DNA of 64,000 nt from Octopus bimaculoides (lineage: Eukaryota): positions 6,359,066 to 6,423,065 of the forward strand of contig NC_069006.1 of the NCBI RefSeq assembly GCF_001194135.2, given 5' to 3'. Of this stretch, positions 63,316 to 64,000 are shown one piece after another. The first letter of the stretch is position 1. Each line of letters starts with the position of its first letter. Both the position numbers and the translations under genes were made by a program. The notes under the pieces were generated by a model, which did no database searches, had not been told where the DNA came from, and worked only from the letters and a program-made list of their open reading frames with translations.

Positions 63316-63360
<45 letters not shown>
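63130..63360 (+). mobile_element. SINE family C with (TTA)n tail
   Basis: GAGTTCAAATTCTGCC..GCCTTTCATCCTTTTGGGGTTGATAAAATAAGTAC..GGCCTTGTGCCAAAATTTGAAAC. Confidence 0.85.
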
Positions 63361-63362
<2 letters not shown>

Positions 63363-63668
63363 CAAAAAGATAAAATTAAAGAAGTGCATCAAACCGAATG
63401 AAGGCCACCACATCACTGCCAACATTCTGTATAAATGTTACTAAATTTGGAGAGCCACCTCACTCATGTTAACATGAAAGTAAAATAATATGTAAATAGT
63501 TTCATTTAATAACATATAACTGTAACTGTATATGCGTGTGTATGTGTGTGTGTGTGTGTGTGTGCAGAAAGATACACACATATAAAACATGCATACATAT
63601 AACCGTATATATCTACACATGCAAATATATATATATATATATATATATACATATCCAAATATATAAAT

Positions 63669-63699
<31 letters not shown>

Positions 63700-64000
63700 T
63701 GCTTTGCCAATATATGGTAAATATTAATGGCTACAAAGAACCAATTGATATTTATATATATATGTAACATGTAAGTGAAGGCCAGTGAAGATTTATCCTC
63801 CCAAAACATCCAGTGATTTATATATTTTGAAGGAATGTAGTCCTTCTTAAAACTTCAAATCTAACACCAGTATAACATGTTGGCAAATGTTATTGGACAG
63901 CTTACAGAAAACTGTAATGTTTCTGCAGATTGGGTTCTTATTTAGAAAAAGATGAAGTCGTTTCAACTATTTTGGATGTTTTTTTTTTTAATCACCAATA

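Overview
This is AT-rich, non-coding eukaryotic DNA from a gappy draft assembly, with 18 N-gaps, mostly beside microsatellites. The repeat content (tRNA-derived SINEs, RTE LINE ends with (ATG)n tails, very abundant (AT)n/(AC)n/(TAA)n) looks like an octopus genome such as Octopus bimaculoides; the species is an inference. I can support no host protein-coding gene: the ORF track is almost entirely microsatellite, gap or decayed-LINE translation. The window contains three tRNA-headed SINE families (called A, C and D here), many RTE-clade LINE fragments, two R4/Dong-type LINE ends, hAT-, piggyBac- and Tigger-like MITEs (several with visible target-site duplications) and a Helentron-associated (HINE-like) element. 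The best find is a structurally complete type I hammerhead ribozyme motif on the minus strand (35409-35507) with the palindromic stem III typical of Penelope-like retroelements. Also notable are a hAT insertion whose empty target site survives in a paralogous MITE in the same window, reciprocal MITE/RTE nesting, stacked same-strand retroposon chains, two near-perfect inverted repeats, and a few weak exon candidates. All alignments and translations were done by eye; no database search was run.
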